Source: Auanema rhodensis
Lineage: Eukaryota > Animalia > Nematoda
DNA length: 64,000 bases
Reading direction: 5' to 3'
NCBI GenBank assembly: GCA_964057225.1
Contig: OZ059894.1
Coordinates: 23,684,001 to 23,748,000, forward strand
The number at the start of each line of letters is the position of its first letter. Position 1 is the first letter of the stretch. The position numbers were made by a program, and so were the translations under genes. Shown piece after piece: positions 27,201 to 42,200 of the stretch. The notes under the pieces were generated by a model, which saw nothing but the letters and a program-made list of their open reading frames with translations, was not told the DNA's origin and did not search any database.

Positions 27201-30200
27201 CTCGCTTCACGTGAAAGATAAAGAGATGCGGTTTTCAAAATTAGATTCCCCATGTCCATATTAGTCTAAAAACAAATTTTTATTGTTATTGGTTCATGGT
27301 AACCATGACTTTGAAATTTACGTGAACTTTAATTTATGCTAACTAAATGTACACGTGATGTGCACTTGGTATGTAACTCGCTTCACGTAAAAGATAAAGA
27401 GATGCGGTTTTCAAAATTAGATTCCCCATGTCCATATTAGTCTAAAAACAAATTTTTATTGATATTGGTGCATGGTAACCATGACTTTGAAATTTACGTG
27501 AACTTTAATTTATGCTAATTAAATGTACACGTGATGTGCACTTGGTATGTAACTTGCTTCACGTGAAAGATAAAGAGATGCGGTTTTCAAAATTAGATTC
27601 CCCATGTCCATATTAGTCTAAAAACAAATTTTTATTGATATTGGTGCATGGTAACCATGACTTTGAAATTTACGTGAACTTTAATTTATGCTAATTAAAT
27701 GTACACGTGATGTGCACTTGGTATGTAACTCGCTTCACGTGAAAGATAAAGAGATGCGGTTTTCAAAATTAGATTCCCCATGTCCATATTAGTCTAAAAA
27801 CAAATTTTTATTGTTATTGGTTCATGGTAACCATGACTTTGAAATTTACGTGAACTTTAATTTATGCTAATTAAATGTACACGTGATGTGCACTTGGTAT
27901 GTAACTCGCTTCACGTGAAAGATAAAGAGATGCGGTTTTCAAAATTAGATTCCCCATGTCTATATTAGTCTAAAAACAAATGTTTATTGATATTGGTTCA
28001 TGGTAACCATGACTTTGAAATTTACGTGAACTTTAATTTATGCTAATTAAATGTACACGTGATGTGCACTTGGTATGTAACTCGCTTCACGTGAAAGATA
28101 AAGAGATGCGGTTTTCAAAATTAGATTCCCCATGTCCATATTAGTCTAAAAACAAATTTTTATTGATATTGGTTCATGGTAACCATGACTTTGAAATTTA
28201 CGTGAACTTTAATTTATGCTAATTAAATGTACACGTGATGGGCACTTGGTATGTAACTCGCTTCACGTGAAAGATAAAGAGATGCGGTTTTCAAAATTAG
28301 ATTCCCCATGTCCATATTAGTCTAAAAACAAATTTTTATTGATATTGGTTCATGGTAACCATGACTTTGAAATTTACGTGAACTTTAATTTATGCTAATT
28401 AAATGTACACGTGATGTGCACTTGGTATGTAACTCGCTTCACGTGAAAGATAAAGAGATGCGGTTTTCAAAATTAGATTCCCCATGTCCATATTAGTCTA
28501 AAAACAAATTTTTATTGATATTGGTTCATGGTAACCATGACTTTGAAATTTACGTGAACTTTAATTTATGCTAACTAAATGTACACGTGATGTGCACTTG
28601 GTATGTAACTCGCTTCACGTGAAAGATAAAGAGATGCGGTTTTCAAAATTAGATTCCCCATGTCCATATTAGTCTAAAAACAAATTTTTATTGATATTGG
28701 TTCATGGTAACCATGACTTTGAAATTTACGTGAACTTTAATTTATGCTAATTAAATGTACACGTGATGTGCACTTGGTATGTAACTTGCTTCACGTGAAA
28801 GATAAAGAGATGCGGTTTTCAAAATTAGATTCCCCATGTCCATATTAGTCTAAAAACAAATTTTTATTGATATTGGTTCATGGTAACCATGACTTTGAAA
28901 TTTACGTGAACTTTAATTTATGCTAACTAAATGTACACGTGATGTGCACTTGGTATGTAACTCGCTTCACGTGAAAGATAAAGAGATGCGGTTTTCAAAA
29001 TTAGATTCCCCATGTCCATATTAGTCTAAAAACAAATTTTTATTGATATTGGTGCATGGTAACCATGACTTTGAAATTTACGTGAACTTTAATTTATGCT
29101 AATTAAATGTACACGTGATGTGCACTTGGTATGTAACTTGCTTCACGTGAAAGATAAAGAGATGCGGTTTTCAAAATTAGATTCCCCATGTCCATATTAG
29201 TCTAAAAACAAATTTTTTTTGTTATTGGTTCATGGTAACCATGACTTTGAAATTTACGTGAACTTTAATTTATGCTAATTAAATGTACACGTGATGTGCA
29301 CTTGGTATGTAACTCGCTTCACGTGAAAGATAAAGAGATGCGGTTTTCAAAATTAGATTCCCCATGTCCATATTAGTCTAAAAACAAATTTTTATTGTTA
29401 TTGGTTCATGGTAACCATGACTTTGAAATTTACGTGAACTTTAATTTATGCTAATTAAATGTACACGTGATGTGCACTTGGTATGTAACTCGCTTCACGT
29501 GAAAGATAAAGAGATGCGGTTTTCAAAATTAGATTCCCCATGTCTATATTAGTCTAAAAACAAATGTTTATTGATATTGGTTCATGGTAACCATGACTTT
29601 GAAATTTACGTGAACTTTAATTTATGCTAATTAAATGTACACGTGATGTGCACTTGGTATGTAACTCGCTTCACGTGAAAGATAAAGAGATGCGGTTTTC
29701 AAAATTAGATTCCCCATGTCCATATTAGTCTAAAAACAAATTTTTATTGATATTGGTTCATGGTAACCATGTCTTTGAAATTTACGTGAACTTTAATTTA
29801 TGCTAATTAAATGTACACGTGATATGCACTTGGTATGTAACTCGCTTCACGTGAAAGATAAAGAGATGCGGTTTTCAAAATTAGATTCCCCATGTCCATA
29901 TTAGTCTAAAAACAAATTTTTATTGTTATTGGTTCATGGTAACCATGACTTTGAAATTTACGTGAACTTTAATTTATGCTAATTAAATGTACACGTGATG
30001 TGCACTTGGTATGTAACTCGCTTCACGTGAAAGATAAAGAGATGCGGTTTTCAAAATTAGATTCCCCATGTCCATATTAGTCTAAAAACAAATTTTTATT
30101 GATATTGGTTCATGGTAACCATGTCTTTGAAATTTACGTGAACTTTAATTTATGCTAATTAAATGTACACGTGATGTGCACTTGGTATGTGACTCGCTTC

Positions 30201-33200
30201 ACGTGAAAGATAAAGAGATGCGGTTTTCAAAATTAGATTCCCCATGTCCATATTAGTCTAAAAACAAATTTTTATTGATATTGGTTCATGGTAACCATGA
30301 CTTTGAAATTTACGTGAACTTTAATTTATGCTAATTAAATGTACACGTGATGTGCACTTGGTATGTAACTCGCTTCACGTGAAAGATAAAGAGATGCGGT
30401 TTTCAAACTTAGATTCCCCATGTCCATATTAGTTTAAACAAACTTTTATTGTTATTGGTTCAAGGTAACCATGACTTTGAATTTTACGTGAACTTTAATT
30501 TATGCTAATTAAATGTACACGTGATGTGCACTTGGTATGTAACTCGCTTCACGTGAAAGATAAAGAGATGCGGTTTTCAAAATTAGATTCCCCATGTCCA
30601 TATTAGTCTAAAAACAAATTTTTATTGATATTGGTTCATGGTAACCATGACTTTGAAATTTACGTGAACTTTAATTTATGCTAATTAAATGTACACGTGA
30701 TGTGCACTTGGTATGTAACTCGCTTCACGTGAAAGATAAAGAGATGCGGTTTTCAAAATTAGATTCCCCATGTCTATATTAGTCTAAAAACAAATTTTTA
30801 TTGATATTGGTTCATGGTAACCATGACTTTGAAATTTACGTGAACTTTAATTTATGCTAATTAAATGTACACGTGATGTGCACTTGGTATGTAACTCGCT
30901 TCACGTGAAAGATAAAGAGATGCGGTTTTCAAAATTAGATTCCCCATGTCCATATTAGTCTAAAAACAAATTTGTATTGATATTGGTTCATGGTAACCAT
31001 GACTTTGAAATTTACGTGAACTTTAATTTATGCTAATTAAATGTACACGTGATGTGCACTTGGTATGTAACTCGCTTCACGTGAAAGATAAAGAGATGCG
31101 GTTTTCAAAATTAGATTCCCCATGTCCATATTAGTCTAAAAACAAATTTTTATTGATATTGGTTCATGGTAACCATGTCTTTGAAATTTACGTGAACTTT
31201 AATTTATGCTAATTAAATGTACACGTGATATGCACTTGGTATGTAACTCGCTTCACGTGAAAGATAAAGAGATGCGGTTTTCAAAATTAGATTCCCCATG
31301 TCCATATTAGTCTAAAAACAAATTTTTATTGTTATTGGTTCATGGTAACCATGACTTTGAAATTTACGTGAACTTTAATTTATGCTAATTAAATGTACAC
31401 GTGATGTGCACTTGGTATGTAACTCGCTTCACGTGAAAGATAAAGAGATGCGGTTTTCAAAATTAGATTCCCCATGTCCATATTAGTCTAAAAACAAATT
31501 TTTATTGATATTGGTTCATGGTAACCATGTCTTTGAAATTTACGTGAACTTTAATTTATGCTAATTAAATGTACACGTGATGTGCACTTGGTATGTAACT
31601 CGCTTCACGTGAAAGATAAAGAGATGCGGTTTTCAAAATTAGATTCCCCATGTCTATATTAGTCTAAAAACAAATTTTTATTGATATTGGTTCATGGTAA
31701 CCATGACTTTGAAATTTACGTGAACTTTAATTTATGCTAATTAAATGTACACGTGATGTGCACTTGGTATGTAACTCGCTTCACGTGAAAGATAAAGAGA
31801 TGCGGTTTTCAAAATTAGATTCCCCATGTCCATATTAGTCTAAAAACAAATTTTTATTGATATTGGTTCATGGTAACCATGTCTTTGAAATTTACGTGAA
31901 CTTTAATTTATGCTAATTAAATGTACACGTGATGTGCACTTGGTATGTAACTCGCTTCACGTGAAAGATAAAGAGATGCGGTTTTCAAAATTAGATTCCC
32001 CATGTCCATATTAGTCTAAAAACAAATTTTTATTGATATTGGTTCATGGTAACCATGACTTTGAAATTTACGTGAACTTTAATTTATGCTAACTAAATGT
32101 ACACGTGATGTGCACTTGGTATGTAACTCGCTTCACGTAAAAGATAAAGAGATGCGGTTTTCAAAATTAGATTCCCCATGTCCATATTAGTCTAAAAACA
32201 AATTTTTATTGATATTGGTGCATGGTAACCATGACTTTGAAATTTACGTGAACTTTAATTTATGCTAATTAAATGTACACGTGATGTGCACTTGGTATGT
32301 AACTTGCTTCACGTGAAAGATAAAGAGATGCGGTTTTCAAAATTAGATTCCCCATGTCCATATTAGTCTAAAAACAAATTTTTATTGATATTGGTGCATG
32401 GTAACCATGACTTTGAAATTTACGTGAACTTTAATTTATGCTAATTAAATGTACACGTGATGTGCACTTGGTATGTAACTCGCTTCACGTGAAAGATAAA
32501 GAGATGCGGTTTTCAAAATTAAATTCCCCATGTCCATATTAGTCTAAAAACAAATTTTTATTGATATTAATTCATGGTAACCATGTCTTTGAAATTTACG
32601 TGAACTTTAATTTATGCTAATTAAATGTACACGTGATGTGCACTTGGTATGTAACTCGCTTCACGTGAAAGATAAAGAGATGCGGTTTTCAAAATTAGAT
32701 TCCCCATGTCCATATTAGTCTAAAAACAAATTTTTATTGATATTGGTTCATGGTAACCATGACTTTGAAATTTACGTGAACTTTAATTTATGCTAATTAA
32801 ATGTACACGTGATGTGCACTTGGTATGTAACTCGCTTCACGTGAAAGATAAAGAGATGCGGTTTTCAAAATTAGATTCCCCATGTCCATATTAGTCTAAA
32901 AACAAATTTTTATTGTTATTGGTTCATGGTAACCATGACTTTGAAATTTACGTGAACTTTAATTTATGCTAATTAAATGTACACGTGATGTGCACTTGGT
33001 ATGTAACTCGCTTCACGTGAAAGATAAAGAGATGCGGTTTTCAAAATTAGATTCCCCATGTCTATATTAGTCTAAAAACAAATGTTTATTGATATTGGTT
33101 CATGGTAACCATGACTTTGAAATTTACGTGAACTTTAATTTATGCTAATTAAATGTACACGTGATGTGCACTTGGTATGTAACTCGCTTCACGTGAAAGA

Positions 33201-36200
33201 TAAAGAGATGCGGTTTTCAAAATTAGATTCCCCATGTCCATATTAGTCTAAAAACAAATTTTTATTGATATTGGTTCATGGTAACCATGTCTTTGAAATT
33301 TACGTGAACTTTAATTTATGCTAATTAAATGTACACGTGATATGCACTTGGTATGTAACTCGCTTCACGTGAAAGATAAAGAGATGCGGTTTTCAAAATT
33401 AGATTCCCCATGTCCATATTAGTCTAAAAACAAATTTTTATTGTTATTGGTTCATGGTAACCATGACTTTGAAATTTACGTGAACTTTAATTTATGCTAA
33501 TTAAATGTACACGTGATGTGCACTTGGTATGTAACTCGCTTCACGTGAAAGATAAAGAGATGCGGTTTTCAAAATTAGATTCCCCATGTCCATATTAGTC
33601 TAAAAACAAATTTTTATTGATATTGGTTCATGGTAACCATGTCTTTGAAATTTACGTGAACTTTAATTTATGCTAATTAAATGTACACGTGATGTGCACT
33701 TGGTATGTGACTCGCTTCACGTGAAAGATAAAGAGATGCGGTTTTCAAAATTAGATTCCCCATGTCCATATTAGTCTAAAAACAAATTTTTATTGATATT
33801 GGTTCATGGTAACCATGACTTTGAAATTTACGTGAACTTTAATTTATGCTAATTAAATGTACACGTGATGTGCACTTGGTATGTAACTCGCTTCACGTGA
33901 AAGATAAAGAGATGCGGTTTTCAAAATTAGATTCCCCATGTCCATATTAGTTTAAACAAACTTTTATTGTTATTGGTTCAAGGTAACCATGACTTTGAAT
34001 TTTACGTGAACTTTAATTTATGCTAATTAAATGTACACGTGATGTGCACTTGGTATGTAACTCGCTTCACGTGAAAGATAAAGAGATGCGGTTTTCAAAA
34101 TTAGATTCCCCATGTCCATATTAGTCTAAAAACAAATTTTTATTGATATTGGTTCATGGTAACCATGACTTTGAAATTTACGTGAACTTTAATTTATGCT
34201 AATTAAATGTACACGTGATGTGCACTTGGTATGTAACTCGCTTCACGTGAAAGATAAAGAGATGCGGTTTTCAAAATTAGATTCCCCATGTCTATATTAG
34301 TCTAAAAACAAATTTTTATTGATATTGGTTCATGGTAACCATGACTTTGAAATTTACGTGAACTTTAATTTATGCTAATTAAATGTACACGTGATGTGCA
34401 CTTGGTATGTAACTCGCTTCACGTGAAAGATAAAGAGATGCGGTTTTCAAAATTAGATTCCCCATGTCCATATTAGTCTAAAAACAAATTTTTATTGATA
34501 TTGGTTCATGGTAACCATGTCTTTGAAATTTACGTGAACTTTAATTTATGCTAATTAAATGTACACGTGATGTGCACTTGGTATGTAACTCGCTTCACGT
34601 GAAAGATAAAAAGATGCGGTTTTCAAAATTAGATTCCCCATGTCCATATTAGTCTAAAAACAAATTTTTATTGATATTGGTTCATGGTAACCATGACTTT
34701 GAAATTTACGTGAACTTTAATTTATGCTAATTAAATGTACACGTGATGTGCACTTGGTATGTAACTCGCTTCACGTGAAAGATAAAGAGATGCGGTTTTC
34801 AAAATTAGATTCCCCATGTCCATATTAGTCTAAAAACAAATTTTTATTGATATTGGTTCATGGTAACCATGACTTTGAAATTTACGTGAACTTTAATTTA
34901 TGCTAATTAAATGTACACGTGATGTGCACTTGGTATGTAACTCGCTTCACGTGAAAGATAAAGAGATGCGGTTTTCAAAATTAGATTCCCCATGTCCATA
35001 TTAGTCTAAAAACAAATTTTTATTGATATTGGTGCATGGTAACCATGACTTTGAAATTTACGTGAACTTTAATTTATGCTAATTAAATGTACACGTGATG
35101 TGCACTTGGTATGTAACTTGCTTCACGTGAAAGATAAAGAGATGCGGTTTTCAAAATTAGATTCCCCATGTCCATATTAGTCTAAAAACAAATTTTTATT
35201 GATATTGGTTCATGGTAACCATGACTTTGAAACTTACGTGAACTTTAATTTATGCTAATTAAATGTACACGTGATGTGCACTTGGTATGTAACTCGCTTC
35301 ACGTGAAAGATAAAGAGATGCGGTTTTCAAAATTAGATTCCCCATGTCCATATTAGTTTAAACAAACTTTTATTGTTATTGGTTCAAGGTAACCATGACT
35401 TTGAATTTTACGTGAACTTTAATTTATGCTAATTAAATGTACACGTGATGTGCACTTGGTATGTAACTCGCTTCACGTGAAAGATAAAGAGATGCGGTTT
35501 TCAAAATTAGATTCCCCATGTCCATATTAGTCTAAAAACAAATTTTTATTGATATTGGTTCATGGTAACCATGACTTTGAAATTTACGTGAACTTTAATT
35601 TATGCTAATTAAATGTACACGTGATGTGCACTTGGTATGTAACTCGCTTCACGTGAAAGATAAAGAGATGCGGTTTTCAAAATTAGATTCCCCATGTCTA
35701 TATTAGTCTAAAAACAAATTTTTATTGATATTGGTTCATGGTAACCATGACTTTGAAATTTACGTGAACTTTAATTTATGCTAATTAAATGTACACGTGA
35801 TGTGCACTTGGTATGTAACTCGCTTCACGTGAAAGATAAAGAGATGCGGTTTTCAAAATTAGATTCCCCATGTCCATATTAGTCTAAAAACAAATTTTTA
35901 TTGATATTGGTTCATGGTAACCATGACTTTGAAATTTACGTGAACTTTAATTTATGCTAATTAAATGTACACGTGATGTGCACTTGGTATGTAACTCGCT
36001 TCACGTGAAAGATAAAGAGATGCGGTTTTCAAAATTAGATTCCCCATGTCCATATTAGTCTAAAAACAAATTTTTATTGATATTGGTGCATGGTAACCAT
36101 GACTTTGAAATTTACGTGAACTTTAATTTATGCTAATTAAATGTACACGTGATGTGCACTTGGTATGTAACTTGCTTCACGTGAAAGATAAAGAGATGCG

Positions 36201-39200
36201 GTTTTCAAAATTAGATTCCCCATGTCCATATTAGTCTAAAAACAAATTTTTATTGATATTGGTTCATGGTAACCATGACTTTGAACTTTACGTGAACTTT
36301 AATTTATGCTAATTAAATGTACACGTGATGTGCACTTGGTATGTAACTCGCTTCACGTGAAAGATAAAGAGATGCGGTTTTCAAAATTAGATTCCCCATG
36401 TCCATATTAGTCTAAAAACAAATTTTTATTGATATTGGTTCATGGTAACCATGTCTTTGAAATTTACGTGAACTTTAATTTATGCTAATTAAATGTACAC
36501 GTGATGTGCACTTGGTATGTAACTCGCTTCACGTGAAAGATAAAAAGATGCGGTTTTCAAAATTAGATTCCCCATGTCCATATTAGTCTAAAAACAAATT
36601 TTTATTGATATTGGTTCATGGTAACCATGACTTTGAAACTAACGTGAACTTTAATTTATGCTAATTAAATGTACACGTGATGTGCACTTGGTATGTAACT
36701 CGCTTCACGTGAAAGATAAAGAGATGCGGTTTTCAAAATTAGATTCCCCATGTCCATATTAGTCTAAAAACAAATTTTTATTGATATTGGTTCATGGTAA
36801 CCATGTCTTTGAAATTTACGTGAACTTTAATTTATGCTAATTAAATGTACACGTGATGTGCACTTGGTATGTAACTCGCTTCACGTGAAAGATAAAAAGA
36901 TGCGGTTTTCAAAATTAGATTCCCCATGTCCATATTAGTCTAAAAACAAATTTTTATTGATATTGGTTCATGGTAACCATGACTTTGAAATTTACGTGAA
37001 CTTTAATTTATGCTAATTAAATGTACACGTGATGTGCACTTGGTATGTAACTCGCTTCACGTGAAAGATAAAGAGATGCGGTTTTCAAAATTAGATTCCC
37101 CATGTCCATATTAGTCTAAAAACAAATTTTTATTGATATTGGTTCATGGTAACCATGACTTTGAAATTTACGTGAACTTTAATTTATGCTAATTAAATGT
37201 ACACGTGATGTGCACTTGGTATGTAACTCGCTTCACGTGAAAGATAAAGAGATGCGGTTTTCAAAATTAGATTCCCCATGTCCATATTAGTCTAAAAACA
37301 AATTTTTATTGATATTGGTGCATGGTAACCATGACTTTGAAATTTACGTGAACTTTAATTTATGCTAATTAAATGTACACGTGATGTGCACTTGGTATGT
37401 AACTCGTTTCACGTGAAAGATAAAGAGATGCGGTTTTCAAAATTAGATTCCCCATGTCCATATTAGTCTAAAAACAAATTTTTATTGATATTGGTTCATG
37501 GTAACCATGACTTTGAAATTTACGTGAACTTTAATTTATGCTAATTAAATGTACACGTGATGTGCACTTGGTATGTAACTCGCTTCACGTGAAAGATAAA
37601 GAGATGCGGTTTTCAAAATTAGATTCCCCATGTCCATATTAGTCTAAAAACAAATTTTTATTGATATTGGTTCATGGTAACCATGACTTTGAAATTTACG
37701 TGAACTTTAATTTATGCTAATTAAATGTACACGTGATGTGCACTTGGTATGTAACTCGCTTCACGTGAAAGATAAAGAGATGCGGTTTTCAAAATTAGAT
37801 TCCCCATGTCCATATTAGTCTAAAAACAAATTTTTATTGATATTGGTGCATGGTAACCATGACTTTGAAATTTACGTGAACTTTAATTTATGCTAATTAA
37901 ATGTACACGTGATGTGCACTTGGTATGTAACTCGCTTCACGTGAAAGATAAAGAGATGCGGTTTTCAAAATTAGATTCCCCATGTCCATATTAGTCTAAA
38001 AACAAATTTTTATTGATATTGGTGCATGGTAACCATGACTTTGAAATTTACGTGAACTTTAATTTATGCTAATTAAATGTACACGTGATGTGCACTTGGT
38101 ATGTAACTCGCTTCACGTGAAAGATAAAGAGATGCGGTTTTCAAAATTAGATTCCCCATGTCCATATTAGTCTAAAAACAAATTTTTATTGATATTGGTT
38201 CATGGTAACCATGACTTTGAAATTTACGTGAACTTTAATTTATGCTAATTAAATGTACACGTGATGTGCACTTGGTATGTAACTCGCTTCACGTGAAAGA
38301 TAAAGAGATGCGGTTTTCAAAATTAGATTCCCCATGTCCATATTAGTTTAAACAAACTTTTATTGTTATTGGTTCAAGGTAACCATGACTTTGAATTTTA
38401 CGTGAACTTTAATTTATGCTAATTAAATGTACACGTGATGTGCACTTGGTATGTAACTCGCTTCACGTGAAAGATAAAGAGATGCGGTTTTCAAAATTAG
38501 ATTCCCCATGTCCATATTAGTCTAAAAACAAATTTTTATTGATATTGGTTCATGGTAACCATGACTTTGAAATTTACGTGAACTTTAATTTATGCTAATT
38601 AAATGTACACGTGATGTGCACTTGGTATGTAACTCGCTTCACGTGAAAGATAAAGAGATGCGGTTTTCAAAATTAGATTCCCCATGTCTATATTAGTCTA
38701 AAAACAAATTTTTATTGATATTGGTTCATGGTAACCATGACTTTGAAATTTACGTGAACTTTAATTTATGCTAATTAAATGTACACGTGATGTGCACTTG
38801 GTATGTAACTCGCTTCACGTGAAAGATAAAGAGATGCGGTTTTCAAAATTAGATTCCCCATGTCCATATTAGTCTAAAAACAAATTTTTATTGATATTGG
38901 TTCATGGTAACCATGTCTTTGAAATTTACGTGAACTTTAATTTATGCTAATTAAATGTACACGTGATGTGCACTTGGTATGTAACTCGCTTCACGTGAAA
39001 GATAAAAAGATGCGGTTTTCAAAATTAGATTCCCCATGTCCATATTAGTCTAAAAACAAATTTTTATTGATATTGGTTCATGGTAACCATGACTTTGAAA
39101 TTTACGTGAACTTTAATTTATGCTAATTAAATGTACACGTGATGTGCACTTGGTATGTAACTCGCTTCACGTGAAAGATAAAGAGATGCGGTTTTCAAAA

Positions 39201-42200
39201 TTAGATTCCCCATGTCCATATTAGTCTAAAAACAAATTTTTATTGATATTGGTTCATGGTAACCATGACTTTGAAATTTACGTGAACTTTAATTTATGCT
39301 AATTAAATGTACACGTGATGTGCACTTGGTATGTAACTCGCTTCACGTGAAAGATAAAGAGATGCGGTTTTCAAAATTAGATTCCCCATGTCCATATTAG
39401 TCTAAAAACAAATTTTTATTGATATTGGTGCATGGTAACCATGACTTTGAAATTTACGTGAACTTTAATTTATGCTAATTAAATGTACACGTGATGTGCA
39501 CTTGGTATGTAACTTGCTTCACGTGAAAGATAAAGAGATGCGGTTTTCAAAATTAGATTCCCCATGTCCATATTAGTCTAAAAACAAATTTTCATTGATA
39601 TTGGTTCATGGTAACCATGACTTTGAAACTTACGTGAACTTTAATTTATGCTAATTAAATGTACACGTGATGTGCACTTGGTATGTAACTCGCTTCACGT
39701 GAAAGATAAAGAGATGCGGTTTTCAAAATTAGATTCCCCATGTCCATATTAGTTTAAACAAACTTTTATTGTTATTGGTTCAAGGTAACCATGACTTTGA
39801 ATTTTACGTGAACTTTAATTTATGCTAATTAAATGTACACGTGATGTGCACTTGGTATGTAACTCGCTTCACGTGAAAGATAAAGAGATGCGGTTTTCAA
39901 AATTAGATTCCCCATGTCCATATTAGTCTAAAAACAAATTTTTATTGATATTGGTTCATGGTAACCATGACTTTGAAATTTACGTGAACTTTAATTTATG
40001 CTAATTAAATGTACACGTGATGTGCACTTGGTATGTAACTCGCTTCACGTGAAAGATAAAGAGATGCGGTTTTCAAAATTAGATTCCCCATGTCTATATT
40101 AGTCTAAAAACAAATTTTTATTGATATTGGTTCATGGTAACCATGACTTTGAAATTTACGTGAACTTTAATTTATGCTAATTAAATGTACACGTGATGTG
40201 CACTTGGTATGTAACTCGCTTCACGTGAAAGATAAAGAGATGCGGTTTTCAAAATTAGATTCCCCATGTCCATATTAGTCTAAAAACAAATTTTTATTGA
40301 TATTGGTTCATGGTAACCATGACTTTGAAATTTACGTGAACTTTAATTTATGCTAATTAAATGTACACGTGATGTGCACTTGGTATGTAACTCGCTTCAC
40401 GTGAAAGATAAAGAGATGCGGTTTTCAAAATTAGATTCCCCATGTCCATATTAGTCTAAAAACAAATTTTTATTGATATTGGTGCATGGTAACCATGACT
40501 TTGAAATTTACGTGAACTTTAATTTATGCTAATTAAATGTACACGTGATGTGCACTTGGTATGTAACTCGCTTCACGTGAAAGATAAAGAGATGCGGTTT
40601 TCAAAATTAGATTCCCCATGTCCATATTAGTCTAAAAACAAATTTTTATTGATATTGGTTCATGGTAACCATGTCTTTGAAATTTACGTGAACTTTAATT
40701 TATGCTAATTAAATGTACACGTGATGTGCACTTGGTATGTAACTCGCTTCACGTGAAAGATAAAAAGATGCGGTTTTCAAAATTAGATTCCCCATGTCCA
40801 TATTAGTCTAAAAACAAATTTTTATTGATATTGGTTCATGGTAACCATGACTTTGAAACTAACGTGAACTTTAATTTATGCTAATTAAATGTACACGTGA
40901 TGTGCACTTGGTATGTAACTCGCTTCACGTGAAAGATAAAGAGATGCGGTTTTCAAAATTAGATTCCCCATGTCCATATTAGTCTAAAAACAAATTTTTA
41001 TTGATATTGGTTCATGGTAACCATGTCTTTGAAATTTACGTGAACTTTAATTTATGCTAATTAAATGTACACGTGATGTGCACTTGGTATGTAACTCGCT
41101 TCACGTGAAAGATAAAAAGATGCGGTTTTCAAAATTAGATTCCCCATGTCCATATTAGTCTAAAAACAAATTTTTATTGATATTGGTTCATGGTAACCAT
41201 GACTTTGAAATTTACGTGAACTTTAATTTATGCTAATTAAATGTACACGTGATGTGCACTTGGTATGTAACTCGCTTCACGTGAAAGATAAAGAGATGCG
41301 GTTTTCAAAATTAGATTCCCCATGTCCATATTAGTCTAAAAACAAATTTTTATTGATATTGGTTCATGGTAACCATGACTTTGAAATTTACGTGAACTTT
41401 AATTTATGCTAATTAAATGTACACGTGATGTGCACTTGGTATGTAACTTGCTTCACGTGAAAGATAAAGAGATGCGGTTTTCAAAATTAGATTCCCCATG
41501 TCCATATTAGTCTAAAAACAAATTTTTATTGATATTGGTGCATGGTAACCATGACTTTGAAATTTACGTGAACTTTAATTTATGCTAATTAAATGTACAC
41601 GTGATGTGCACTTGGTATGTAACTTGCTTCACGTGAAAGATAAAGAGATGCGGTTTTCAAAATTAGATTCCCCATGTCCATATTAGTCTAAAAACAAATT
41701 TTTATTGATATTGGTTCATGGTAACCATGACTTTGAAACTTACGTGAACTTTAATTTATGCTAATTAAATGTACACGTGATGTGCACTTGGTATGTAACT
41801 CGCTTCACGTGAAAGATAAAGAGATGCGGTTTTCAAAATTAGATTCCCCATGTCCATATTAGTTTAAACAAACTTTTATTGTTATTGGTTCAAGGTAACC
41901 ATGACTTTGAATTTTACGTGAACTTTAATTTATGCTAATTAAATGTACACGTGATGTGCACTTGGTATGTAACTCGCTTCACGTGAAAGATAAAGAGATG
42001 CGGTTTTCAAAATTAGATTCCCCATGTCCATATTAGTCTAAAAACAAATTTTTATTGATATTGGTTCATGGTAACCATGACTTTGAAATTTACGTGAACT
42101 TTAATTTATGCTAATTAAATGTACACGTGATGTGCACTTGGTATGTAACTCGCTTCACGTGAAAGATAAAGAGATGCGGTTTTCAAAATTAGATTCCCCA

